Origin: Methanothrix sp.
GTDB taxonomy: Archaea; Halobacteriota; Methanosarcinia; Methanotrichales; Methanotrichaceae
Length of the DNA stretch: 64,000 nt
NCBI GenBank assembly: GCA_037128175.1
Contig: JBAXWY010000008.1
Span: 26,660 to 90,659 of the forward strand
Direction of reading: 5' to 3'
Below the pieces are notes generated by a model that did not search any database, was not told the DNA's origin, and was given only the letters and a program-made list of their open reading frames with translations. Below are positions 38,370 through 47,952 of the stretch, one piece after another. The translations under genes and the position numbers were made by a program. Each line of letters starts with the position of its first letter. Position 1 is the first letter of the stretch.

Positions 38370-38595
38370 TGGCTTTTACGGTTATCGTAGTTTCGATCCG
38401 ATCCTCTTCAAGGGGAATCTCTTTGCCTCTGGCGGCAAGGCTTTCAATATACAGCTCGATGGCCTCCTTTGCCATCTCGATGGCCTCCTCAATGCTGTCG
38501 CCGAAGGTCAAGCATCCTGGAAGTGCTGGGACGATCACGGTGTATGTTCCATCTGTCTCCGGCCTGATCTGAATTTTATAACGAAATGTTCTCAT
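38362..38595 (-). CDS. hicB: HicB family antitoxin
   Basis: VPALPGCLTFGDSIEEA...AKEAIELYIE motif. Confidence 0.9.
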   Translation of the reverse strand: MRTFRYKIQIRPETDGTYTVIVPALPGCLTFGDSIEEAIEMAKEAIELYIESLAARGKEIPLEEDRIETTITVKANA

Positions 38596-38744
38596 CCGGA
38601 TTACACAATGCCTTCTGCGGTATTTAATCCTGTGCTGACCCGGAAAGCATATTTAAAGCGAGCATGCATCCAGAGTATCTCTTGAATGATTTCTGCCCCC
38701 ACGTCGATGTCAGAAGGGCCTGGTGAAATTAGGAGGACGCGACA

Positions 38745-39683
38745 TTGGTAGACCTCTTCGGCAAAAAGAAGCTGGACGATCGTATTTTGGAGTTGCAGGC
38801 AGCATTAGCCAAGCTGGAGGACGAAAAGGAGGAACTCCTGCGCACCCTGGAAAAGCGGGACGAGAAGATGCGCAAACTCTCCTCTGCCAACCAGGAGGCC
38901 AATTTAGCCCTCAAAGCCGCCGAGCAAAAGGCCGCCGCCCTCACCACCCCGGCGCTAACTGCGGTGGAGAGGTGTGAAGAGCAAAAGCCTAAGGCAAGAA
39001 AGCTGAGCTTGCGGGAGATGGATCTGCTCATGGAGAGGCTCAAGTCCTGCCGCTCTCCTAAGGATGATCTGCTGGTTGCTTTCTACCCAGGACTCGTTCC
39101 AGAGGACGATGCCCTCCCTTCGCAAATTAAAAAGGCCGCTGCCGCCATCAAGTCTCAGCGGGGCGGAATAATCCTGCATAGTCCCCAGCTATTCACTCTG
39201 CAACTCATTCCACCTCTTCCCATCCAGGAGAGCTATTCTCGGGAAGGCAGCACTTTTGCACTTGATCTCATGAGAGATATGATGGACACGCCCGTGCTGG
39301 TCGTCTCTGCCCATGCAGGAGAGACCTTCCTGGGGGTGGCTCTCGGCCGGGAGGGCTTCGAGGCGGAGGAGATGGTGGAAAGCTCGGTAATGGGCAAGCA
39401 CTCCAAAGGCGGCTGGAGCCAAAAGAGGTTTGAGAGGCTACGTGAGGAGGATATCAAGAGCCACCTTGATATGGTGCAGGAAAAGCTGGCCGAGCTGATG
39501 GGCAAGTATAAAACCATCCTCAAGTATGCCGTGCTTTCCGGCGAAGAGAGCCTCATCCGCCAGATCGCTCCCGCAATCGATTTTCCCGTGGTAGAGAGAA
39601 GGCTGGAGCGCCATGACGATCGAAAGACAAAGGAGCTTTTGGAAGAGGTTTATGGCTTTACCTGCTACAGAATTGAGATGTAA
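38745..39683 (+). CDS. Vms1/VLRF1-like peptidyl-tRNA hydrolase domain protein with an N-terminal coiled coil
   Basis: GKHSKGGWSQKRFERLR motif. Confidence 0.8.
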   Translation: MVDLFGKKKLDDRILELQAALAKLEDEKEELLRTLEKRDEKMRKLSSANQEANLALKAAEQKAAALTTPALTAVERCEEQKPKARKLSLREMDLLMERLKSCRSPKDDLLVAFYPGLVPEDDALPSQIKKAAAAIKSQRGGIILHSPQLFTLQLIPPLPIQESYSREGSTFALDLMRDMMDTPVLVVSAHAGETFLGVALGREGFEAEEMVESSVMGKHSKGGWSQKRFERLREEDIKSHLDMVQEKLAELMGKYKTILKYAVLSGEESLIRQIAPAIDFPVVERRLERHDDRKTKELLEEVYGFTCYRIEM

Positions 39684-39686
39684 AAA

Positions 39687-40526
39687 ATGAGCGCGCCACA
39701 AGAGGACAAAAAAGGACGGGAAGATGCAGAAGAGCTCTCCCGCTCCTGGGACTGGCACGTGCGAAGAAAAGTGGCCTGGAGTGCTGATGTGCCAGAGAAT
39801 ATCCTTGACGTACTGGCCCGGGACAAGGTGCAATGGGTGAGGGAAGCGGTAGCCGGCAATGCAAGCGCATCTGCGCCGGCACTGGCCAGGCTGGCCGAGG
39901 ACAGCTCCGGATACGTGCGGGCAGCGGTGGCATTGAATCGCCGCGCCACATGCGAGATTTTGGAGATGCTGGCAGCAGATGAGATGGTGGACTATGATTG
40001 CACTTTACAGAAGAATCGCTATCTTGTAAAGGAGGCGACGGCAAAGAGCCCGAACATCAATCCATCGACCCTGGCCTTTCTCGCCCGTGACTCTGAGGAG
40101 CATGTTCGAGCCGCGGCTGCATCCAATCCCCTTCTATCCGTGGAATCGATGAACAAGATGGTCAAGGATGTGTTCTGGGAGGTGCGAAACAACATCGCCA
40201 AGAACCCGTCCACCCCTATGGATCTGCTTACCTACCTCTCTGCCGACAGGATCATGGATGTGCGGGCCACGGCGGCGCAAAATCCCCGCACGCCCGCGCA
40301 GGCGCTGGCCGTTCTCGCTACCGACAGGAACTGGGAGGTTAGAGAAGCGCTGGCCTGTAATGAATTGCTGGATGGCAAGATTCTGGATGAGTTGTCCGGC
40401 CATTGGTCCTGGATGGTGCGGGTGGCGGTGGCAGAGAATCCCAATACTCAGGTCGAGACACTGAAACGGTTGGCCGGTGACTCGGATCAGAGCGTGCAGA
40501 AGGCGGCGAGGGGGAGGATGGGTTAG
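39687..40526 (+). CDS. HEAT/leucine-rich-variant (LRV) repeat protein
   Basis: About 24-aa repeats VR.AVA.NP.TP...L..LA.D. Confidence 0.85.
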   Translation: MSAPQEDKKGREDAEELSRSWDWHVRRKVAWSADVPENILDVLARDKVQWVREAVAGNASASAPALARLAEDSSGYVRAAVALNRRATCEILEMLAADEMVDYDCTLQKNRYLVKEATAKSPNINPSTLAFLARDSEEHVRAAAASNPLLSVESMNKMVKDVFWEVRNNIAKNPSTPMDLLTYLSADRIMDVRATAAQNPRTPAQALAVLATDRNWEVREALACNELLDGKILDELSGHWSWMVRVAVAENPNTQVETLKRLAGDSDQSVQKAARGRMG

Positions 40527-40543
40527 ATGGATGCGCTGTTTGA

Positions 40544-41044
40544 CTAAACGTAAATTCTGTCTTTTCCGTCAAATGGTGGTGTAAAGATAGAGATGAGCTG
40601 CAAAGTTTCATTGCCGGTTACTTCTGATCCATGGAGCGTTAATGCCGGTATGTACATCAGATCTCCGGATTTCATCACTAATTCCTTGCCGGATACGTTC
40701 ATGACGGCCTGGCCTTTAATGCAATAGGTTATTTCATCACTGTATTGATGATAGTGCATCTTTAGAATCGAGCCGCTGGGACCCATTACTAAATTGACGC
40801 TGGCATTCTTCCCAGATGCCACTTGAGTTATATTGAGACCGTCCTTCGTGTCCACACTCTTTTGTTGGGCTAGATCAATGAGATTGACCAGAACTAATTG
40901 AAATTCGCTTTGATTGAGGTTTACCTGTTTTTCGATACTCGTTCTTTCTGTCAAATTTGCTGATTGATAGCTTTGTTCTTCTGCCAAGGCTAGGACACAG
41001 GTACATAAGACCGCTAAAGACAGAGCCACAAATATTTTTTTCAT
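40544..41044 (-). CDS. Secreted cupin-domain protein
   Basis: Signal peptide; HYHQYSDE and GDLMYIP...LH motifs. Confidence 0.85.
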   Translation of the reverse strand: MKKIFVALSLAVLCTCVLALAEEQSYQSANLTERTSIEKQVNLNQSEFQLVLVNLIDLAQQKSVDTKDGLNITQVASGKNASVNLVMGPSGSILKMHYHQYSDEITYCIKGQAVMNVSGKELVMKSGDLMYIPALTLHGSEVTGNETLQLISIFTPPFDGKDRIYV

Positions 41045-41105
41045 GCCATACGTTATGTTCTAACTTTATCTATATCTTACGGTTTCCTTGATATGAGACA
41101 ATCGT

Positions 41106-41224
41106 TCATGGATTATGCGGGCGGCAGTGGCGCAAAATCGCAATACACTTGAAACGACTGGCTGAGGAGCCGGACCAGAGCGTGCAGAAGACGGCACAGG
41201 GCAGGATGGGTTAGATGGATGCGC
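41106..41224 (+). pseudogene. Decayed duplicate of the HEAT gene 3' end (direct repeat of 40407-40536)
   Basis: Shares CAGAGCGTGCAGAAG and AGGATGGGTTAGATGGATGCGC with 40407-40536; contains a deletion. Confidence 0.8.
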
Positions 41225-41392
41225 GAGATTAAAAAACCGAGCACATCTTGGGAGTCTGCAAGTTATTCATAGTACAGCATGCGACTTCCTAAAATCTGCT
41301 TAAAGCCACTTTGACCTAACCACCCATTCACCTTCTACAGCAATGCCCCGAGCATATGGCGTAGCCTTCTGCTGAACTTCTGCAGGGAGATT

Positions 41393-41701
41393 TTACTTGG
41401 CTCTTACCCCCTCGACCCAACGTTGTGCCGCCTCCGAACCTTTGCTGCAAAAGTATTCGTTCGTCTGGCCGTACTCTTTCCACACCGGGCACTGCATGCA
41501 TATACATGTGTTCTCTTTCGTGATACAGATGAAACTGCTACCGTGGGCACAAAAAAGGCCCTCTCCTGCCTTTCGGGCGCAGTCATTGTAAGTCGGGCAA
41601 TCAGGGCAAATGCATTCTTCTGTTGCCTTTTTCATACTTTGCATCCTTTCCTCGGGAGAGAGTTTGCCAAAGTTCACTACCATCTCTTCGAATTTCTCCA
41701 T
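41393..41701 (-). CDS. DUF2769 Cys-rich protein
   Basis: CICPDCPTY..C...LFC..G.S..CI...CIC..CPV...YFC..G pattern. Confidence 0.8.
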   Translation of the reverse strand: MEKFEEMVVNFGKLSPEERMQSMKKATEECICPDCPTYNDCARKAGEGLFCAHGSSFICITKENTCICMQCPVWKEYGQTNEYFCSKGSEAAQRWVEGVRAK

Positions 41702-41780
41702 AAGTAGTCCCCTAACAGATAATACAGTTGAACATATTGTTTTAATTAGTAAAAAAAGTTTGCGTAGATTGCCATAACGC

Positions 41781-41818
41781 ATGAACATGCGGGGGTCTCT
41801 TCCCCCGCACGTTAACAT
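41781..41818. repeat. GC-rich palindrome between co-oriented genes
   Basis: AACATGCGGGGG-tctctt-CCCCCGCACGTT. Confidence 0.55.
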
Positions 41819-41820
41819 CA

Positions 41821-43227
41821 CTAGCTGTAGAACGCAGTCTGATTTTTTATGATAATACGCTGATTATTTTGAATTTCTGACTTCGGTGGATATGACTGCA
41901 GTGGATATGGGTATGGTGACCCCTCCCTGGTGGCGTTCAATATAACCGGTGGCCTGGGCATTTGACTGAAGTCAAAGGCGTTAAGCATGTCGTTGGCCTC
42001 GGCATCTCGGGCGGTCATCGGATTGACTCCAAATCTCTCCTCCACAATCCTCAACCAGGAATCGAAGGAATATGTCTGGTGGTCTACATAGTTCTGCTTA
42101 GCATAGGGGCTGATTACCAGACCTGGAACTCTTAGCCCGAACCCGTATTCATCCACCTTCGGTGGAGCTACGTGATCATAAAATCCACCCCAATCATCCC
42201 AGCTTATGAATATGGCAGTGGTGTTCCAATCAGGCCCCTCCATGACTGCATTCACGAGTCCAGTCACATAGGCCATGCCTGCTCTAACACTCGATGGAGG
42301 GTGTTCGCTCACATTCATCTCTGGTACTACCCAGCTGACCTGGGGTAGAGTTCCGTTTTGGGCATCAATATAGAATTGAGAGGTATCTACCAAACGGTTA
42401 CGCTGTTCCGGATTGTTTTGTACCTTTGGGAAGGCCGGCAGGGGATTGAAATCGGAATATTTGTCAGGACTCTGAGTCTGAATCTCATTCGATCCAACCT
42501 CCTCGGGGTCCAATGTGTCAGGTAATCGGCCCGAGGTAACATAATATTTCCAGTTTATCTTGCCGCTGCCCAGAAGTTCCGTGATCTCAGGGAAGTTGTA
42601 TGTAGTGGGCTTGGGCTGGTGGTATCCCGTATAGCCTCCACTCTGGGCTGCCAGCATATAAAGATGGGCAACCAGACTATAAGAGGCCACGGACTCGAAC
42701 ATATGGTCCTGAAGAACGTAAAGCCGAGCATAATTCCAGTAATTGGGAATTTCGTGATAATCGTGATATCCCATAACTTCTCTGGGATCTGTGCCCGGAG
42801 CGCAATTTGAATCGGTCGGATTGCAGACTTGGGTACCTTTCTTGTTTTTGCCTTTGTATGCCTCAGCCAGAAAACCATCCATTAATCCTCCATCGATGTC
42901 CGCCTGGGCGTTAACCCATCCATGAGGTCCACCGCGGTTTATATCGTTGGTATCGTGATAGGGGGCCACACAAGGACCTCCCTTGGGGTTTGTAAGGCAA
43001 ATCCTCTTGGGTATGCCGTCAGCCCCTGGATAAGTGCCGAAGTAGTTGTCAAAAGCCCTGTTCTCTTGCATGATGAAGACGAAATGATCGATCTTCTCTA
43101 AGCCGGATGGGATCGAGGAATCAAATGTTGCGTTTAATGCTACGGCAGTGCCAATATAGATTGTTACTACCAAGAACAATGCCGTAAGAATAGCATGAAC
43201 ATCAAATTTCATTTCGTTCCCCTGCAT
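41821..43227 (-). CDS. Secreted phospholipase C / acid phosphatase (AcpA-type phosphoesterase family)
   Basis: [35 protein letters not shown] and GLRVP..VISP motifs. Confidence 0.9.
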   Translation of the reverse strand: MQGNEMKFDVHAILTALFLVVTIYIGTAVALNATFDSSIPSGLEKIDHFVFIMQENRAFDNYFGTYPGADGIPKRICLTNPKGGPCVAPYHDTNDINRGGPHGWVNAQADIDGGLMDGFLAEAYKGKNKKGTQVCNPTDSNCAPGTDPREVMGYHDYHEIPNYWNYARLYVLQDHMFESVASYSLVAHLYMLAAQSGGYTGYHQPKPTTYNFPEITELLGSGKINWKYYVTSGRLPDTLDPEEVGSNEIQTQSPDKYSDFNPLPAFPKVQNNPEQRNRLVDTSQFYIDAQNGTLPQVSWVVPEMNVSEHPPSSVRAGMAYVTGLVNAVMEGPDWNTTAIFISWDDWGGFYDHVAPPKVDEYGFGLRVPGLVISPYAKQNYVDHQTYSFDSWLRIVEERFGVNPMTARDAEANDMLNAFDFSQMPRPPVILNATREGSPYPYPLQSYPPKSEIQNNQRIIIKNQTAFYS

Positions 43228-43345
43228 AAATTGTAAACGGTTCCTATAGGTTCTGCGTATGTCCTCATTGCTGATCTCTCCTTTGATCAGAATATTAGAC
43301 TAGTAATCATTAATATCTTTTTTGGTGTATAGAATGATCCGCCGT

Positions 43346-44116
43346 TCACAAAGGCACGTTATCCTCTCGAAACTGCCCCTCCAGATGATCCTGTATCTCC
43401 TGCACCGCCTGACGCAGCACTTTTTCGTTGTCATATTCCAGCACCATTCTTTCCAGATCCGTGCGCGGCAGCTCCGATAGCCTTCGGACCTGCGCCGCCA
43501 GTTTCGGCACCGCCCGCAGGATGTTGTCCACGATGCTCACCGTGGCCTTTCGTGCTGTTCGGGAGAGGGGATTGAGATCGATGGCGATGACCTTCTTTCC
43601 CATAGCCGTCAGTGCCTCGCAGCGGTCGCCGTCCTCCAGGGGAATGAGAACCACGTCGGCGTCGTAAATCCCGCCCCTGGTGGCCAGCGCCCGGGCGTGC
43701 TCCAGGCCGGGAACGGAGGCATCGGGATTCTCCCCCAGCACCTCCTTTGCGCCCTTCTCCCGGAGAAGGTCGGCGATCTTCTTCACCCTCTCCTCAGAGC
43801 GGTGGAAGAGGTTGACCTCCAGCGGAATTTGGAGCGCGTTTGCCAGGGCCACCATCTCCTCGGCGACGAGCGCGGCCACGTTGCCGTTGACGCTAAGCGC
43901 AGGACGCTCCGCCAGGAGCAGCAGGGCCGCAGCCGCGATCGTGGCCGCTTCTGCGCAGGGCAGTGTCCTCTCCCCTAAAAGATAGTCGAAGCACTCGCCC
44001 CTGCCCTGGGCAATGAGACCCTGGCTGCTGGTGTAGCCTTTCTTCACTCCGTTGGTCACGCGCTCGCGTGCCACTAAAGACGCATATCGGGGATGGGACT
44101 TTGGAATATCAGTCAA
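43346..44116 (-). CDS. pps: 4-phosphopantoate--beta-alanine ligase
   Basis: IPKSHPRY, GRGECFDYL, SVNGN, LEDGDR and IDLNPLSRT motifs; TTG start after GAGGTG. Confidence 0.92.
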   Translation of the reverse strand: MTDIPKSHPRYASLVARERVTNGVKKGYTSSQGLIAQGRGECFDYLLGERTLPCAEAATIAAAALLLLAERPALSVNGNVAALVAEEMVALANALQIPLEVNLFHRSEERVKKIADLLREKGAKEVLGENPDASVPGLEHARALATRGGIYDADVVLIPLEDGDRCEALTAMGKKVIAIDLNPLSRTARKATVSIVDNILRAVPKLAAQVRRLSELPRTDLERMVLEYDNEKVLRQAVQEIQDHLEGQFREDNVPL

Positions 44117-44975
44117 GATTGGCACCTCGTTGCGAAATGGTAGTAGTATGAACCTCGCCAAAGGTTCGCAGGGCCTCTGCACTGCCGTCACCAAAGGCAA
44201 AGACGGCATCGCCCAGCATGATCATGCCGGCCAATCCGCCCGCCGCCTCAACTGCCTCGATTGCCTGTAGGGCCCAGTCGCTGGCCAGGCCCGACTGCAC
44301 TGTGAAGCGGCGGGAGAGCTGCAGGAGATTTGTGAATGTGGGCCTCTTTAAGAGCTCTTTTAGGGCCGCTTCGCCTGCCGCGTTGACCGCCGTCATCACC
44401 TTTTCGTCGGAGAGAACCTGGCTGGTGGAAAGGGGGCCACGCACCACGTAGCTGATTGGCAATGGGGGAACGGGTATGCGATCGATGCGACCGGTGCCCG
44501 GCGCTCCCGGTTGCAGGCGCACCACCAGGCCGCCTGCATTCTGGGCGATGACGTCTCCTAGACCGGTGCGAAAAGTCACCTCGGCCTCGTGGGCTACGGC
44601 CGCTGCCCTGTTCGCCGTCAGGCCCAGATCAAAATAGGAGTTGAGGGCGTAGGCACAGCCCAATGCCCCCGCGCCGCTAGCCCCAAAGCCCGCTCCCAAG
44701 GGCATGGAGAGCTCCGTCTTCACCCGCACCGGCTCTTTGGCGAGTCTTTCCACCACGTACCTGGAAACGGGAGCCTCGGACACTTTCCCATTGAGATAAA
44801 TTTCTGTATCGTGAATCTCGGGAGCCGATTCAATGGTAGTAGTAGCACCCAGAGAAAGGCACAGGCCGCAACCCACGGAGCCTGCGAGGCGCGGCTCCTC
44901 TCTGCGATGGGCGGCAAAAAAGCCGGTGATGTGAGAGGGCACAAAGGCCCGGGCGGTTTTCGTGATGCCGTTCAT
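44109..44975 (-). CDS. pok: Pantoate kinase (GHMP family)
   Basis: PSHITGFF, PLGAGFGASGA and TGLGDV motifs. Confidence 0.9.
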   Translation of the reverse strand: MNGITKTARAFVPSHITGFFAAHRREEPRLAGSVGCGLCLSLGATTTIESAPEIHDTEIYLNGKVSEAPVSRYVVERLAKEPVRVKTELSMPLGAGFGASGAGALGCAYALNSYFDLGLTANRAAAVAHEAEVTFRTGLGDVIAQNAGGLVVRLQPGAPGTGRIDRIPVPPLPISYVVRGPLSTSQVLSDEKVMTAVNAAGEAALKELLKRPTFTNLLQLSRRFTVQSGLASDWALQAIEAVEAAGGLAGMIMLGDAVFAFGDGSAEALRTFGEVHTTTISQRGANLD

Positions 44976-46168
44976 AAGATCTCCACCAGGGCATCCATGA
45001 TCATTTTTGCAATCAGGCTCTTTTTGCCCTCGGCAATTTTTCGCTGGACCAGGCGGTCTATTATGAGGACCCTATTATCATCCGTGCCCATGCCGCCCCG
45101 AGCGACGTCGTTGGCCACCACCAGGTCCAGCCCTGCACCCTGCATGGACTTTTGCGCCCTGGCAACAAGCTCTTCGTCTGTCACTCCGGTCTCGGCCTTG
45201 AAGCCCACAATCTTTAGATGGGGGTAGGCCCCACGCACCGTTTTTATGATCTTCTGGGTGGGTTTAAGTCGCAGCACCAACTCCTGGCCGGACTTGATCT
45301 TCTCCGCCTGCGGGTCCAGAGTGTAGTCGGCCACCGCCGCGGCGCTGATCAATACGTCGCAACCCTTGGCCACTTCCTCCAGCACAGCGTCCAGCATCTC
45401 CCTGGCGCTCCCGGCGTAGACCTGGCGCACAGGGATGTCCTGGATGAAGCGGTGCACCAGCGTCACCTTTGCCCCGCGCCGGCGCGCCTCCAGGGCCAGG
45501 GCTATGCCGGTCTTGCCAGAGGCACGGTTGGTGAGGATGCGAATGGGATCGACGACCTCAGCGTTGGAGCCGCTGGTGATGACTATCCTCTTGCCGGCCA
45601 GGTCCAATGGCCCCAGCAGCCGCTCCACCTCCCTCACAACCGCCAGGTTGTCCGCGATCTTGGCCTTGCCCTCCTCCAGGCGCGGATCGATCAGAGTCAC
45701 GCCCATGGCCCGCAGCGCCTCCAGATTGCGCAGCACGGCAGGATGGCGGTACATGGCTTCATGCATGGCAGGAACCACCGCGACCGGTTTGCCGCTCCCT
45801 AAAGCCGTGGTGGCAAAGGTGGTTACGGGCGTGTCGTCGATGCCGCAGGCCATCTTGCCGATGGTGTTGGCCGTGGCAGGCGCGATGAGCAGCAGGTCTG
45901 CAAGGCCACCCACGCCGCAAAACTGCACATGCTCCACCCGGCCGGTTATTTCCGTGATCACCGGATGGGTTGTGGCATACTCCAGGGCATAAGGGTGCAG
46001 GATCTGCAACGCGGCGCTGCTCGCTACCGCGTGCACCTCTGCGCCGCGCCGGATCAGATCGCGAATGAGGTCCACGACCCGCACGGCGGCGATGCTACCG
46101 GTTACTCCTACTACGATCGTCTTTCCGCAAAGCGTATCGCTTACTGAGCATGTGATATCGGAGGGCAT
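44972..46168 (-). CDS. coaBC: Bifunctional phosphopantothenoylcysteine decarboxylase/synthetase
   Basis: GVTGSIAA, APATANT, PAMHEAM, NRASGKTG and VGFKAE motifs. Confidence 0.95.
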   Translation of the reverse strand: MPSDITCSVSDTLCGKTIVVGVTGSIAAVRVVDLIRDLIRRGAEVHAVASSAALQILHPYALEYATTHPVITEITGRVEHVQFCGVGGLADLLLIAPATANTIGKMACGIDDTPVTTFATTALGSGKPVAVVPAMHEAMYRHPAVLRNLEALRAMGVTLIDPRLEEGKAKIADNLAVVREVERLLGPLDLAGKRIVITSGSNAEVVDPIRILTNRASGKTGIALALEARRRGAKVTLVHRFIQDIPVRQVYAGSAREMLDAVLEEVAKGCDVLISAAAVADYTLDPQAEKIKSGQELVLRLKPTQKIIKTVRGAYPHLKIVGFKAETGVTDEELVARAQKSMQGAGLDLVVANDVARGGMGTDDNRVLIIDRLVQRKIAEGKKSLIAKMIMDALVEIL

Positions 46169-46300
46169 GATGGTCCTGCAAATCTATGCAGTTACTAAAA
46201 GAAGGCTCTTTCCCTGAAGCCCGCCCGCGGGCCCCGGGCGCGCACGCGGCCCTGGGAAGCACAAACCTTATTTAACAATTCAATCGAGGGACTATGCCGT

Positions 46301-46406
46301 GCCGGGGTGGCCTAGTTGGTTAGGGCGCGAGACTCATAGGGTAATACGATTAACGCGCGCTTCCTGAGGTATCTCGAAGTCGCGGGCTCGAATCCCGCTC
46401 CCGGCA
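46301..46406 (+). tRNA. tRNA-Met(CAT), elongator, with a 32-nt intron at 37/38 (46339-46370)
   Basis: Acceptor stem GCCGGGG/TCCCGGC; anticodon stem CGAGA/TCTCG; anticodon CAT at 46335-46337; BHB-compatible intron; TATA-like TTATTTAA at about 46268. Confidence 0.92.
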
Positions 46407-46589
46407 CCTTCTTACGTTTTTCAATGCTATTTCTTTCGATGCTAAGATAAGGCAGTAGTAATAATCACCTTTCGCGTGTTGTTTGAGTGGAGAAGGATAC
46501 GCCATTAGGCAGAGACTAAATTAATGAAGGCTCGTCGCTATTTCCCGTGTCTAACCTCGGGTTACTGTGGTTTTCCAGTTGTTAGTTCG

Positions 46590-46660
46590 TCTCTGTGCGT
46601 TCTCTGTGAACTTTGTGTCTCTGTGGTGGAAAACGTCGTTAACCGCTGGTTATAACAAAT
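46590..46660. repeat. Dispersed REP-like repeat locus B
   Basis: TCTCTGTGCGTTCTCTGTGAACTTTGTGTCTCTGTGGTGGAA...CTGGTTATAA, nearly identical to 50797-50861. Confidence 0.85.
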
Positions 46661-46679
46661 CTAAGTCTTTTTAAATACC

Positions 46680-47450
46680 TCACGCGGGCAGCGGATCGGA
46701 GCAGACCTTAACCCCAGGTGGGCAAACGCACCTTCCTTTATCGCATACCTTCCAGTAAGGGCATCCGCCGCAGCACTCGGTGATTTTTATGCATCGATCA
46801 TTGCATTCCCGGGTACCTTCCGGACAAATGCATCTCCCGCTGCTGCATATTCTGTCCCCCTGGCAGTCGCTGCATGGGGCAGATACTGTGCACTGACCAT
46901 TGCAGTCCGTGGTACCGCCGGGACAGACGCACTTGCCGCTGCTGCATATCCGTCCATTGGAGCATCCGCCGCAGGAGTCGGTCAGTTCAGGGCATGCACC
47001 GTCGCATTTCTTTCCCCCCTTCTGATTGATGGATTCGTTAACCCCCCGCAAGTCTGCCGGTGCCGCCAAGCCCCTTTGTATCCATCCCGCGAAGACCTTT
47101 CCCTTTGCCGGGCCGTCCGGCCAGTATTGTGAGCGGTTATCTCCGTAGGTGAACCATATCCGGCCACTACCCCACTTTGCATCTTCTGTCCAGGAAATGC
47201 TGGAGTTGTTGAAGAACAACGCTCTGCTGATTAGGGTTCCTTCGTAGCGGACCTCTTTTCCCCAGGAAACCAGCAGAGTGCCGGGCATTGCCCACTGCCC
47301 CGAAGTTTCTTTTACGGTTGTCGCATACAGTCCGTCCCAGCTCATCGTATTATTCATCGCAGTATTATTATCCGCTATAGCACCGCCCAAGGAGGATGCG
47401 ACAAGGGCAAATAATAGTAGTATACAAACTGTAGCCAGCCGTTTTTTCAT
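46680..47450 (-). CDS. Secreted protein with C-terminal Cys-rich repeats
   Basis: Signal peptide; three C..G..C..G.C.CP.G...C-type repeats. Confidence 0.75.
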   Translation of the reverse strand: MKKRLATVCILLLFALVASSLGGAIADNNTAMNNTMSWDGLYATTVKETSGQWAMPGTLLVSWGKEVRYEGTLISRALFFNNSSISWTEDAKWGSGRIWFTYGDNRSQYWPDGPAKGKVFAGWIQRGLAAPADLRGVNESINQKGGKKCDGACPELTDSCGGCSNGRICSSGKCVCPGGTTDCNGQCTVSAPCSDCQGDRICSSGRCICPEGTRECNDRCIKITECCGGCPYWKVCDKGRCVCPPGVKVCSDPLPA

Positions 47451-47612
47451 ATCACACCATTATTTTTATAAGCAGATATATCTTGCGCCGCAATCCTCCC
47501 GGAATTGGATTGCAAAGGATTAAATTCATATGGTTGCGGCAAGATTTATATGCGTATAACACTTGATTAACGATTGTGATGTGTGCCGAATGATCGCAGA
47601 TTTGAGGGTCCA

Positions 47613-47951
47613 ATGCAAATGAAGTCGCCATGTGAGATGATCGTATGGGATATACTGCCCAGCATCAGGGCGGCGATCGCCGAAGAGCTGGTCAAGAGAG
47701 GAATATCCCAAAAGGAGGTATCCAGGATGCTGGGCATCACGCCTCCGGCTGTGTCCCAGTACGTCTCCAAGAAGAGAGGCTACAATATCGAATTCAGGGA
47801 GGACATCCGCCTGTCCATAGGTAAGCTCGCCGACGACCTGATCGAAGAGAGAGTAAAAGGCATTGAACTTGTGCCGAGGATCTGCCAGATCTGCCGAATG
47901 CTACAGGACGACGAGGCGGCTTGCATTTCTACCAAGTGCAAGGGACTGTGA
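47613..47951 (+). CDS. HTH transcriptional regulator (COG2522-like)
   Basis: PCE...LPSIR, SQKEVS.MLGITPPAVSQY..KRG and CQIC motifs. Confidence 0.85.
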   Translation: MQMKSPCEMIVWDILPSIRAAIAEELVKRGISQKEVSRMLGITPPAVSQYVSKKRGYNIEFREDIRLSIGKLADDLIEERVKGIELVPRICQICRMLQDDEAACISTKCKGL

Positions 47952-47952
47952 A

